From the NCBI GenBank assembly GCA_965204095.1, contig OZ241991.1:806105-870104 (forward strand): a DNA stretch of 64,000 bases. Reading direction: 5' to 3'. Positions within the stretch are counted from its first letter, which is position 1. Each line of letters begins with the position of its first letter. The position numbers and the translations under genes are program-made. This document shows, one piece after another, positions 1 to 8,839 of the stretch. The notes under the pieces were generated by a model. The model was not told where the DNA came from, did no database searches, and saw only the letters and a list, made by a program, of their open reading frames with translations. The stretch is from Bryobacterales bacterium. Its GTDB lineage: Bacteria > Acidobacteriota > Terriglobia > Bryobacterales > UBA6623.

Positions 1-957
1 ATCCCGCACACCGCGTGGCCGAAGAACCGGGTCCGGCCCCGGCGCAGGACCACCCGGGCCGCCTCTTGACGCGCCCCCGCGCGGACGCTGCCGCCCACCG
101 GCTCCACGGCTTCCAGGCGCACCGGCTCCGCGTCGACCGGCCAGGCGCGAAACCAACTCCTCCTGTCCCCACAGCAGGGGTTCTCTCGCGTCGGCCACGC
201 TGATGTCCGAAGAGGTTTCAGGATGCGAGTGATACAGGGATTGTTCATCTTCCATGACCCACACCTGAAAAACCAGGCCATCCGGGCCGCCGAAGTGTCG
301 TGCGGCGAGTTCAGGCAGGAGTGCATCCCTCAAGAAATCCCGGTCCAACTCGACAACAACATAGCCCTGAGCACGGCGGTTCATCGCGCGGCGACCTCTG
401 GGCGCGCCCGGCTCGATATTTTCAAGGACCACCTGAGCCAGCACCGGACCTTCGTAAAGAATCGTCCAGGTGAAAGGATTGATCGCCGGCCGTCCGGGAC
501 GATCCTGCCTCTCGGGCGGCCCGCGCAGCAATCCTTGCAGGTTGCGGAGACGGTCCGGCCAATCAGCAGACTCGAACCCGCCGCGATCGGGGTTCAGCTC
601 GATTAGGTTCGCTGCTCTCCCGGCGTCAAACTTCAAAAAGAAAACGGAACGAACCAGACCCGCATAACTCGACCGCTGCCTCCAGTCTTCGAATCGGCGG
701 GCATAGGATAGCCCGTCGTCTTCCTCAAACCCGAACAGCGACGGCTGGAGCGCCCTTCCCACCTGCCGGAGTTCACGATTGAAGTCCTCGCGAAACTGCC
801 GGACCGAGTTGTCGAGAGCGCGCTGCATGCGGTCGCGCTCGGCTTCGCTGACCTGGATGCTCCACTGATACTGCAGGAATGCCAGCACGACCACAATCGC
901 CGCCATCAAAGCAGTGAGGAGCATGGACCGGCGTGAGCCGCTCCCGAAGCCAACCAT
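1..957 (-). CDS. membrane-anchored protein, N-terminal part, truncated by the window edge (possible sensor-kinase input region)
   Basis: Absent from the ORF track because it runs off the left edge. A reverse-strand ATG at 957-955 opens a frame that stays open to base 1 (319 codons). It begins MVGFGSGSRRSMLLTALMAAIVVVLAFLQYQW (one TM helix). The listed ORFs 223..606, 633..896 and 773..1318 look like shadow frames. Confidence 0.6.
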   Translation of the reverse strand, partial: MVGFGSGSRRSMLLTALMAAIVVVLAFLQYQWSIQVSEAERDRMQRALDNSVRQFREDFNRELRQVGRALQPSLFGFEEDDGLSYARRFEDWRQRSSYAGLVRSVFFLKFDAGRAANLIELNPDRGGFESADWPDRLRNLQGLLRGPPERQDRPGRPAINPFTWTILYEGPVLAQVVLENIEPGAPRGRRAMNRRAQGYVVVELDRDFLRDALLPELAARHFGGPDGLVFQVWVMEDEQSLYHSHPETSSDISVADAREPLLWGQEELVSRLAGRRGAGAPGSRGAGGRQRPRGGASRGGPGGPAPGPDPVLRPRGVRD

Positions 958-1048
958 ACCCGCAGCATACGGTTGATTTACAAATCCCGCAAGCCGCATC
1001 GAGTGGAACCGCGGCTATTCTGCAAACCCATTCATCGAAGTTTGCGAG

Positions 1049-1307
1049 CAGTCCGCGGCAAAAGTCCCGTGGAAGGCGCGGCGGGCTCCTGCGGTCGCTC
1101 GGCGCGAAGTGAGGAGGATGGCGATCCGGGTGATCTCCTCCGACGAACGACAAAGCCGACGAGCGCAAACGTCCGTCGCCCAAAGGGTTACGCGCCACTC
1201 CCGCTCGGCTGCGCGGAGAGCGCGGCGCCACGTTCTTGGAACGGCTAGTCGTTAGCAATCGGCCTCGGGGCGCGTAACGCCGCCCGCGTGACTTTTGACA
1301 CGGGCTG
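1049..1307 (+). repeat. Rep-2 element, copy a (about 260 bp, inverted ends CAGYCCGYGGCAAAAGTC...GACTTTTGMCACGGGCTG)
   Basis: Near-identical to 44888..45147. The predicted ORFs 973..1248 and 44641..45117 share an almost identical peptide only because both read through this repeat. Confidence 0.85.
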
Positions 1308-1608
1308 TTAAGCGTCACTTCCGCTCGGCTGTGCGATGAGCGCGGCGCCGCGTTCCTGGAACGGCCGGACGTTACGCCATTGGCTCCGGGGTGCCTAACC
1401 TGCTTTTCTCACCACGTGGCGGGGCGAAGTGCGTGAGAGGGTCGTCAGGACGAGGCGCGCGCCGCTTGGCGCGCGCAGGCGTACTTGACAGTACGTCGAG
1501 CACGGCAAGCAAGCGCAACGAAGTCATGGCGGTCGTATCGCGTGCTTCGACCGTCGGGTGGTGAGAAATGCAGGCTAACGCCGCCCGAGTGACTTTTGCC
1601 ACGGGCTG
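1308..1608 (+). repeat. tandem partial duplication of the Rep-2 right arm, interrupted by Rep-1 copy A
   Basis: 1308-1394 repeats 1192-1278 and 1579-1608 repeats 1279-1307. Rep-1 lies between the two pieces. Confidence 0.8.
1395..1578 (+). mobile_element. Rep-1 MITE-like element, copy A (176-bp core 1399-1574 plus CTAA direct duplications)
   Basis: Ends CCTGCTTTTCTCACCAC ... GTGGTGAGAAATGCAGG. CTAA is present at 1395-1398 and 1575-1578. The paralogous position in the neighbouring Rep-2 copy is uninterrupted. Confidence 0.85.
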
Positions 1609-1695
1609 CTTGGCTCGGATCAGGATTGTCGGGTACGCTGACGGAACCCTTGCGACCCGGTGGACGTAAAATGTTAAGGCTGAGAAGAGCTGTCC

Positions 1696-2568
1696 TTGCA
1701 CGGATTGATTGTTCGAAAGAACAGCATGTTGCTCCCGACACTGCTGCTTGCAAGTGGGGTCTTCACCGCCGCCACAGCTCCGGCCCAACCCCCCTCCGCA
1801 GCCGAGATCATTCGGTTGGCCTACGAGCGCGATGAGCAGAACGACGCGATCGCCCGGCAGTATACCTTCCGTCAGAGAGTTGAGGTGCGAAAACTCGACA
1901 AGCAGGACGAGATCCATTCCTCCAAATCACGGACCCATGATGTGACGCTGCTCGACGGCTCCGAATACAAGCGGCTCATCGCGAAAAACGATCAACCCCT
2001 CAGCTCCGAGGAGGAGCGGAAAGAGCGGCTCAAGCTCGACAAGAGCATCCGTAAAGTCCAGAACGAGACACCAAGGCAACGCGCCAAGCGCTTGGCCGAG
2101 AGGGACGAGGCGAAAGAGGAACAGCGCAAGTGGATCGCCGAGATTCAGAACACGTTCCACTTCCGGCTCCGGGGTGAAGAGACCGTCGACGGTATCGAAA
2201 CCTACGTCATCGATGCCGACCCCAAACCCGGCTACAAGCCCGCGTTCGGCAAAGCGAAGTTTCTCACCAGGATGAAAGCCATCTTCTGGATCGGGAAGAC
2301 CGACTACTCATGGGTGCGTATCGAAGCGGAAACACTGGATACGATCAGCTTCGGCTGGTTCTTGTTCCGACTTGGGAAAGGCTCCGCATTGCGGTTCACC
2401 CAAATCAAAGTCAACGACGAAGTCTGGATGCGCGATTCCTTCCGCGTGCGCCTGAAAGGCCGTTTGGCGATGCTGAAGGGTATCAATCTGGAGATATCGG
2501 GCGCGTATAGCGAGTTCCGCAAGTTCAGCACCGACTCCAACGTGATCTTCTCCGGAGCGGTGGAGTGA
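1696..2568 (+). CDS. exported hypothetical protein
   Basis: Signal-peptide-like N-terminus (MLLPTLLLASGVFTAATAPAQ), charged coiled region, then a beta-rich C-terminal half. Start is either TTG 1696 or ATG 1726. No family recognised. Confidence 0.6.
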   Translation: MHGLIVRKNSMLLPTLLLASGVFTAATAPAQPPSAAEIIRLAYERDEQNDAIARQYTFRQRVEVRKLDKQDEIHSSKSRTHDVTLLDGSEYKRLIAKNDQPLSSEEERKERLKLDKSIRKVQNETPRQRAKRLAERDEAKEEQRKWIAEIQNTFHFRLRGEETVDGIETYVIDADPKPGYKPAFGKAKFLTRMKAIFWIGKTDYSWVRIEAETLDTISFGWFLFRLGKGSALRFTQIKVNDEVWMRDSFRVRLKGRLAMLKGINLEISGAYSEFRKFSTDSNVIFSGAVE

Positions 2569-2665
2569 ACCCCGCGCACTCGGCCACGTGATTCCATTTC
2601 TCGCAAGTGAACCCCGCGGCGCGCTAGAATCTAGCTGACCGCCCGGCGGTTTCTCGTCGCGGCTG

Positions 2666-2850
2666 TTAACCTGCATTTCTCACCACATGGCGAGGCGAAG
2701 TGGGTGAGAGGGCTGTCAGGACTAGGCGCGAGACTCTTGGCGCGCGCAGGCGTACTTGAACAGTACGTTGAGCACGGCAAGCAAGCGCAACGAAGTCCTG
2801 GCGGTCGTATCGCGTGCTTCGACCGTCGGGTGGTGAGAAATGCAGGTTAA
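2666..2850 (+). mobile_element. Rep-1 element, copy B (177-bp core 2670-2846, TTAA both sides)
   Basis: Full-length match to copies C and E. The track ATG at 2840 lies inside this element. Confidence 0.85.
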
Positions 2851-2872
2851 ATATCTGTGTGAGGTGAAGCCC

Positions 2873-3655
2873 GTGAGAAGCGTTCTGACGGCTTTACTCG
2901 CCTTCGGGTTCGCTTTGCTGTTGCCCGCGCAAGAAGGCGATGTCGAGAACCCCTACACTTCCGCCGAGGACATTGCCGCCGGGAGCCGCATATTTCGTTC
3001 TCATTGCGCCGTGTGCCACGCGATCGATGGCTCAGGCGGCCGGGGCTCGGACTTGACATCCGGTACATTCCGTCACGGATCCAGCACGGAGGCGATCTAC
3101 GAGAACATCGGGGAGGGCATACCGGGAACCGAAATGCCGGCCACCTTCTTTCGCGGCAAACAATTGTGGCAGTTGGTGGCGTACGTGCGCTCGCTGAGCG
3201 AGGCCCCCCAGAGCGTGGCCGGCCTCGGCGACGCCTCCAGGGGACAGACTCTACTCGAGGGCAAGGGCGGTTGCCGCAACTGTCACCAAGTCAACGGGGA
3301 AGGAGCCCGGTCGGGACCTGAACTGACCTACATCGGCGGACAGCGCTCGGCGGCCGATCTGAGGGCGTCGCTGCTGCGTCCCAACGAACGCGTGCTCCCC
3401 AAAGACTACCGGGTGAGCGCCGTCACGAAGAACGGACAAAAGGTCAGCGGCAGGCGGCTCAACGAAGACAGCTTTTCGATTCAGTTGATCGACACGAACG
3501 AAAATCTCGTCTCTTTGTCGAAGCAGGACGTTTCCGACTTCAGCATCGACAAGACTTCATCGATGCCGGCGATGGGCGGGATGTTCAGCGAGCAGGAAAT
3601 GGAAGACCTGCTGGCCTATCTTGTAACGCTGCAGCGGAAAGGGGATCTGCAATGA
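2873..3655 (+). CDS. dihaem c-type cytochrome (two CXXCH motifs), probable electron acceptor of the downstream PQQ dehydrogenase
   Basis: Motifs CAVCH and CRNCH. Signal peptide VRSVLTALLAFGFALLLPAQ. GTG 2873 is preceded by GAGGTG (GTG 2864 also possible). The stop overlaps the next start (ATGA at 3652-3655). Confidence 0.8.
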   Translation: MRSVLTALLAFGFALLLPAQEGDVENPYTSAEDIAAGSRIFRSHCAVCHAIDGSGGRGSDLTSGTFRHGSSTEAIYENIGEGIPGTEMPATFFRGKQLWQLVAYVRSLSEAPQSVAGLGDASRGQTLLEGKGGCRNCHQVNGEGARSGPELTYIGGQRSAADLRASLLRPNERVLPKDYRVSAVTKNGQKVSGRRLNEDSFSIQLIDTNENLVSLSKQDVSDFSIDKTSSMPAMGGMFSEQEMEDLLAYLVTLQRKGDLQ

Positions 3656-5262
3656 ACACGCTCCGAATGGCGCTTCTTTCGGTGCTCGGCGCATCGCTTC
3701 TTGCCGCTCAGGTGAGCTACGAACGCATTCTCGACGCCGACAAGGAGCCTGGCAACTGGCTGACCTATTCGCGCACCTACGACAGTCAACACTACAGCCC
3801 GCTCGATCAGATCGACAAGAGCAATGTCAACGACCTGGAGTTGAAATGGGTGTTCCAGGCAGACGAAACGACGAAGTTCCAATCGACCCCGTTGGTCGTC
3901 GACGGCATTCTCTACCTCACCCACTCGCCCAACGACATCGCCGCCATTGACGCTGTTACCGGCCGTGTGTTCTGGCGATATCGCCACACGATCCCCGAAG
4001 GCATCAGTGTTTGCTGCGGGCTGGTCAACCGCGGGCTCGCCATTCTGGGAGATAGCCTTTTCATGGCGACTATCGACGGGCGCTTGATGTCTTTCGACGC
4101 CAAGACCGGCTCGATTCGCTGGGATGTGAAGGTCGTCGACAACAAGGACGGCTACGCACTCACGGTTTCGCCGTTGGTCGTCAAGGACAAGGTGGTCATC
4201 GGCACCGCCGGGGGCGAATACGGCATTCGTGGCTTCGTTGACGCCTACGACGCGAAGACGGGCAAGCATGCCTGGCGCTTCTGGACGATCCCCGGGCCGG
4301 GAGAGCCCTATCACGAGACATGGGAAGGCGATTCCTGGAAACGCGGCGGGGGGTCCGTATGGGTCACCGGCTCCTATGACCCCGAACTCGATCTGATGTA
4401 TTGGGGCACCGGCAATCCCGCCCCCGATTGGAATGCCGACGTCCGGCCCGGCGACAACCTCTACACGGACTCCGTCATTGCTCTCGACCCCGATACCGGC
4501 AAACTCGAATGGCACTTCCAGTTCACGCCGCACGACTGGTGGGACTGGGATTCGGTGCAAATTCCCGTGCTCGTCGACATGGAGTTCGAGGGCAGACAGC
4601 GCAAGGTCATCCTATGGGGCAATCGCAACGCCTTCTTCTACGTGCTCGATCGAGCAACGGGTGAATTCCTTCTCGGCAAGCCCTTCGCCTATCAGACCTG
4701 GGCGGTCGGTCTGGACGAATCCGGACGGCCGATCGTTCGCGACGGCATGCAACCCACCCCCGAAGGCACGAAAGTCTACCCCAGCGTTCAGGGCGCGACG
4801 AACTGGTACGCTCCCACCTGGCACCCGCGGACGAAACTGTTCTACTTGTCTGTCTGGGACCGCTATCCCAGCATCTACCACAAAGGAGATGCCACCTATG
4901 TTCGCGGGACGCGTTATCCGGGCAGTTTCCCCGAGGGGATCTATCCCGATATCGTCAAGGACGAGGAGATCGGCTTCGGCGCCATCCGCGCCATCGAACC
5001 CGCCACGGGCGAGCGCAAATGGGAGTTCAGGCTGACCGGCGTTTCCGAAAGCGGCTTGCTCTCGACCGCCGGTGACTTGATCTTCTCCGGCAGCAAGGAA
5101 GGTCACTTCCTGGCCGTGGATGTGGACGAAGGCAAGTTACAGTGGCGCATCAGCCTGGGCAGCCGCATGGCCAACTCGCCGATCACCTACCTGGCCGGCG
5201 GCAAGCAATTGATCTCCGTCGCTTCGGGCTTCGGCCTCTTCACGTTCGGACTCCGCGAGTAG
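3652..5262 (+). CDS. PQQ-dependent alcohol (methanol/ethanol family) dehydrogenase, no fused cytochrome domain
   Basis: NWLTYSRTYDSQHYSPL, STPLVVDGILY, vicinal-cysteine motif SVCCGLVNRG, GGSVWVTGSYDPELDLMYWGTGNPAPDWN. Signal peptide present. Confidence 0.9.
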   Translation: MNTLRMALLSVLGASLLAAQVSYERILDADKEPGNWLTYSRTYDSQHYSPLDQIDKSNVNDLELKWVFQADETTKFQSTPLVVDGILYLTHSPNDIAAIDAVTGRVFWRYRHTIPEGISVCCGLVNRGLAILGDSLFMATIDGRLMSFDAKTGSIRWDVKVVDNKDGYALTVSPLVVKDKVVIGTAGGEYGIRGFVDAYDAKTGKHAWRFWTIPGPGEPYHETWEGDSWKRGGGSVWVTGSYDPELDLMYWGTGNPAPDWNADVRPGDNLYTDSVIALDPDTGKLEWHFQFTPHDWWDWDSVQIPVLVDMEFEGRQRKVILWGNRNAFFYVLDRATGEFLLGKPFAYQTWAVGLDESGRPIVRDGMQPTPEGTKVYPSVQGATNWYAPTWHPRTKLFYLSVWDRYPSIYHKGDATYVRGTRYPGSFPEGIYPDIVKDEEIGFGAIRAIEPATGERKWEFRLTGVSESGLLSTAGDLIFSGSKEGHFLAVDVDEGKLQWRISLGSRMANSPITYLAGGKQLISVASGFGLFTFGLRE

Positions 5263-5266
5263 GGAG

Positions 5267-5451
5267 TTAACCTGCCTTTCTCCCCACGTGGCGAGGCGAA
5301 GTGGGTGAGAGGGCCGTCAGGACGAGGCGCGAGCCGCTTGGCGCGCGCAGGCGTACTTGAACAGTACGTTGAGCACGGCAAGCAAACGCAACGAAGTCCT
5401 GGCGGTCGTATCGCGTGCTTCGACCGTCGGGTGGTGAGAAATGCAGGTTAA
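5267..5451 (+). mobile_element. Rep-1 element, copy C (177-bp core 5271-5447, TTAA both sides)
   Basis: Starts 5 nt after the PQQ-ADH stop. The track start 5415 of the next ORF lies inside it. Confidence 0.85.
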
Positions 5452-5525
5452 GATACCGTTCGGAAACGTCGATCGAGCGGTCTGGGAACGACTCGGCCCG
5501 TGGAGCCATCCGGGAGAACGTACCG

Positions 5526-6683
5526 TTGAAAATCACCGACCTCAAAGTCCTCCACACGCAAGGCGGACATGCCAACTGGATCTTCGTCCAGCTCTTCACC
5601 GATCAGGGAATCATCGGCGTCGGCGAGTCGACCATCGAACGCCACCAACTGCCGGTCATCAAGACCCTGGAGTCGTTCAAGGACTTCCTGGTCGGGAAAA
5701 ATCCGTTCGAGATAGAGGCTATTTGGAACGCTCTGTACAAGCAGACCTTCTGGGAGGGGCAGCTCGTGGTGCTGACGGCGCTTTCCGGCGTCGAACAAGC
5801 TCTCTGGGACATTAAAGGTAAAGCTTTAGGAGTTCCCGTTTATGAACTGCTCGGCGGCAAGTTGCGCGACGAGATTCGCGCCTACGCCAATGCCTGGGCA
5901 TTCGAGGGCGTTATCACCGAACCGAGTGTGAAGGATACCGCCGACTTGATTGCCCGGAAAGCGGTGGACACTGTGGACGCCGGCTTCACCGCACTAAAAT
6001 GGGACCCCTTTCGCGAGGGAGGTCAAGTCATTCCGAAAGCGGAAGAGAATTACGCCATTGAAACCGTGAGGGCCGTGCGCGAAGCCGTCGGACCCGATGT
6101 CGATCTGCTCATCGAGTGCCACGGCCGTTTCAACATGTGGAGCGCCATCCGCATGGCTCAGAAGCTGGAGCCGTTCGATCCGTTCTTCTATGAAGAGCCG
6201 ATCCCTCCCGACAACATCGATGCGCTGGCCGAGGTGCAGCGGTCGATCAATATCCCCGTGGCGACCGGCGAACGCCTCTATACGCGCTGGAGCTTCCGTC
6301 CGCTCTTCGAGAAGCAGGCGGCGCGCATCATTCAGCCCGATGTTTGCCACGCCGGCGGGATTCTCGAGTTGAAGAAGATCGCCGCGATGGCCGAATCGTA
6401 CTACGTCTCGATTCAGCCGCACAATTCCAACGGGCCGCTCTGCGTGCTGGCGAGCCTGCAAGTCGACGCCTGCGTGCCGAACGTCATTATTCAGGAGTTT
6501 TTCTACCCCTATCTCGAGCACTACAACGATATCCTCACCCAACCGATCGAGTATGCCGACGGGTTCCTCAAGATGCCGAAAGGCCCGGGGCTTGGGGCCG
6601 ATCTCGACGAAGCGGCCATCCGGAAACGCCCGCCGGTTGACCTGCCCCACGAGGCCGGCTGGATGGGCAAGTACTGGTTCTGA
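5526..6683 (+). CDS. enolase-superfamily sugar-acid dehydratase (mandelate racemase / D-galactonate dehydratase-like)
   Basis: From TTG 5526 the protein begins (M)KITDLKVLHTQGGHANWIFVQLFTDQGIIGVGE, like DgoD-type N-termini. GGGAGA lies 8 nt upstream. The longer track ORF begins inside Rep-1 C. Confidence 0.8.
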   Translation: MKITDLKVLHTQGGHANWIFVQLFTDQGIIGVGESTIERHQLPVIKTLESFKDFLVGKNPFEIEAIWNALYKQTFWEGQLVVLTALSGVEQALWDIKGKALGVPVYELLGGKLRDEIRAYANAWAFEGVITEPSVKDTADLIARKAVDTVDAGFTALKWDPFREGGQVIPKAEENYAIETVRAVREAVGPDVDLLIECHGRFNMWSAIRMAQKLEPFDPFFYEEPIPPDNIDALAEVQRSINIPVATGERLYTRWSFRPLFEKQAARIIQPDVCHAGGILELKKIAAMAESYYVSIQPHNSNGPLCVLASLQVDACVPNVIIQEFFYPYLEHYNDILTQPIEYADGFLKMPKGPGLGADLDEAAIRKRPPVDLPHEAGWMGKYWF

Positions 6684-6916
6684 AACGGCCTAGTGAGGGC
6701 GCCGCGTACGGGATCTGTCGAACGATAGCCCGACAGTACGGCATCAGCCCGTCTACGGTGCAATGGCCAGGGGTTGCTCTCGGCGAGGGCCTAATCGTGG
6801 GCGCACCCGGCATATCGATCGGACGCCCGTCGAGATGGGTGTCCCGTGACATTCCGCCGACGGGACGATTCGGAGGCAGGACTTGAGGTTTCGGCTACAT
6901 CCTGGCCGCCGCTCTC

Positions 6917-7393
6917 TCATTCCTCCACGCGCTCGATCCGAAGCGCTTGCGTTCCCTGGGTTCGGATACGGCCGCAGGCTTGGGCAAAGTCGACCCAGTC
7001 GTACTTCCAGTCTCCGGGAATGCGCGCGAACAGATTCCCGAAGCTGGGCACGCCTTCGGCTCCACGCAAGGTGACGCCGCGGCCGAAGGCCAGCAGGATC
7101 TCGGCGACAGGCCGGCCGTCGCTGGTGACAGGCGATCCCGAGTCCGCCCAGTAGAGAATCTCTCCAGGCAGCGGAAGCTGGGTCCGTTTTTCTTCCGGCG
7201 CCGGCTGATACTTGTCGAGCAGCACAAACGCCTCCATCCCCGAGTAGCGCCCGTGGATGAGGTCATGTTGGATGGGCAACATGTCCCAGACAAGCCGGCA
7301 CGTGCGGGGAGCCTCGTCATCGAGCAGTTCGGCCTCGACCGATTCACCCGTTTCGACAAAGGTCAAACGTATATGGCGTCTTGACGATGGCAT
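6917..7393 (-). CDS. small cytoplasmic protein, tentatively DUF3830 / cyclophilin-like
   Basis: ATG 7393 is preceded by AAGGAGAA. Begins MPSSRRHIRLTFVETGESVEAELLDDEAPRTCRLVWDMLP. The upstream 75 codons of the track ORF have no coding character. Confidence 0.6.
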   Translation of the reverse strand: MPSSRRHIRLTFVETGESVEAELLDDEAPRTCRLVWDMLPIQHDLIHGRYSGMEAFVLLDKYQPAPEEKRTQLPLPGEILYWADSGSPVTSDGRPVAEILLAFGRGVTLRGAEGVPSFGNLFARIPGDWKYDWVDFAQACGRIRTQGTQALRIERVEE

Positions 7394-7761
7394 GAAGTTC
7401 TCCTTCCCCTCTTGGAGCTGGAATTGCTGAAGACGGCTATTCGGAATGTAATTGTAGGCTCTCCTGCCATCTCGAGCCCCCCAAATACGATTGATTTGTA
7501 GAACGGTGAGTCCACAGCGGATCTTCGAACGTCTCGACGGAGGCGACGATCTGGAAATGCGATCTTCCTGCCCTCGATTCCGGTTACCCGTTTCTCGTGT
7601 TACGCCATCGTTCCTCAAGGCGCGGTCATCGGCAACTGCCTCGCGTTCATGAAATCGGCTGCCGTACCGGAAACGTCTTCCGAATCCGCCTCTGTGTGAT
7701 CATACCTGCAAACGGGCGATCACCTCCTCCGCCCGGCGTTCCAAGCTACAATCGTCTCGCT

Positions 7762-8460
7762 ATGGCCGTTGAATGGAAATCGGACGAGGAACTCTTCGAG
7801 ATCGCCAGGCGCGAACTGTTTACGGCCGTGGTCGGCGACGCCATGGACAAGCTGGGGCTCGTCCATCAGTTCCTGCCGCCTCAGGTCCGTCCTCTCGAAC
7901 CGTCGATGCGAGCCATCGGCCGGGCGATGCCTCTTCTGGGCGCGGACTGCGTCGAGACGCCGCCCGAAGTCGAGCGGAACAACAAAATCCTCGAACAGCC
8001 CTTCGGCCTGATGCTGCGGGCGCTCGACGACCTCAAGCCCAACGAGATCTACTTCCCGGCCGGAGGGTCGCCCCGCTATGCGCTGTGGGGCGAGCTGATG
8101 GCGACGCGCGCGATGAAGCTCGGCGCCGCCGGAGCAGTGATGAACGGATACTCGCGAGATACCCCGGGCATCCTGGAACTGATGTTCCCGACCTTTTCGT
8201 GGGGACCCTACGCGCAAGACTTCGCGGCTCGCGCCAAGGTGGTCGATTTCCGCTGCCCGATCGAGGTCGAGAGTGTACGTGTCAATCCGGGCGACATCGT
8301 CTTTGGCGACATCGACGGCGTTTGCGTGATCCCTCGTGCATCCGAAGAGGAGGTCTTCACGAAAGCGCTCGAGAAGGCTCGCGGAGAGAAACTCGTCGGC
8401 AGGGCGATAGAGGGCGGCATGTCGGCCACCGAAGCGTTCCGAAAGTTCGGGATCATGTAG
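7762..8460 (+). CDS. RraA-family protein (HMG/CHA aldolase / oxaloacetate decarboxylase-like)
   Basis: ELFTAVVGDAMDKLG, ALWGELMATRAMKLGAAGAVMNGYSRD, GDIVFGDIDGVCVIP. In-frame ATG at 7762. Confidence 0.8.
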   Translation: MAVEWKSDEELFEIARRELFTAVVGDAMDKLGLVHQFLPPQVRPLEPSMRAIGRAMPLLGADCVETPPEVERNNKILEQPFGLMLRALDDLKPNEIYFPAGGSPRYALWGELMATRAMKLGAAGAVMNGYSRDTPGILELMFPTFSWGPYAQDFAARAKVVDFRCPIEVESVRVNPGDIVFGDIDGVCVIPRASEEEVFTKALEKARGEKLVGRAIEGGMSATEAFRKFGIM

Positions 8461-8477
8461 AGCCGCCTTTTGCCTCA

Positions 8478-8746
8478 CTAGTCTGCCTTTCACACCACGC
8501 GGCGAGGCGAAGTGCGTGAGAGGGCCGCCAGGACCAGGCGTAAGCCGGGCGGAGGAAAAAGCGCGAGCCGGGCGAAGAAAAAAGGCGCGCGCAGGCGTAC
8601 TTTACGGTTCAGCGGCCGTCAAACATTTCTTCTGGAGCAAACCGAGCCCCCTGACTAAGGTTTTCACGAATCACGAGACACGAGACACGAATCACGGCCT
8701 TTTTTTCGCGTGCTTCGGCTGTCGGGTGGTGAGCAATGCAGGCTAG
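8478..8746 (+). mobile_element. Rep-1 element, copy D, rearranged (CTAG both sides; centre replaced by other repeat modules)
   Basis: The left arm and the last 40 nt of the right arm are recognisable. The interior carries an internal duplication plus an S-like module and a heptamer array. Confidence 0.7.
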
Positions 8747-8814
8747 AGCCGCCCCAGGCCCGGCCAACAGGTTTTCACGAGACACGAAACACGGCTTTTT
8801 CGTTGCCTCTTGGT

Positions 8815-8839
8815 ACTGAAGCCCTTCAGTCTTGTTTTT
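8815..8839 (+). terminator. hairpin + T-run module (actgaa gccc ttcagt c ttgttttt), repeat-borne
   Basis: 6-bp stem, 4-nt loop, T-rich tail. The same 30-nt module recurs at 9094-9117. The stem is short and AT-rich, so it would be a weak intrinsic terminator. Confidence 0.3.

Noticed and set aside
973-1248. A 91-aa ORF sharing a nearly identical peptide with ORF 44641..45117, as if a duplicated small gene
   Set aside because: Both lie entirely inside Rep-2 copies bounded by inverted repeats. A third, truncated copy (47232-) does not preserve the frame. Repeat identity explains the shared peptide.
3616-4560. Long antisense ORFs opposite real genes (also 23639..24595, 24942..25886, 27234..28775, 29520..30506, 40520..42190, 61767..63014, 62170..63318)
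   Set aside because: These are typical high-GC shadow frames. Their translations are Arg/Pro/Gly/Ala-rich with no recognisable domains, whereas the opposite strand carries clear family motifs.
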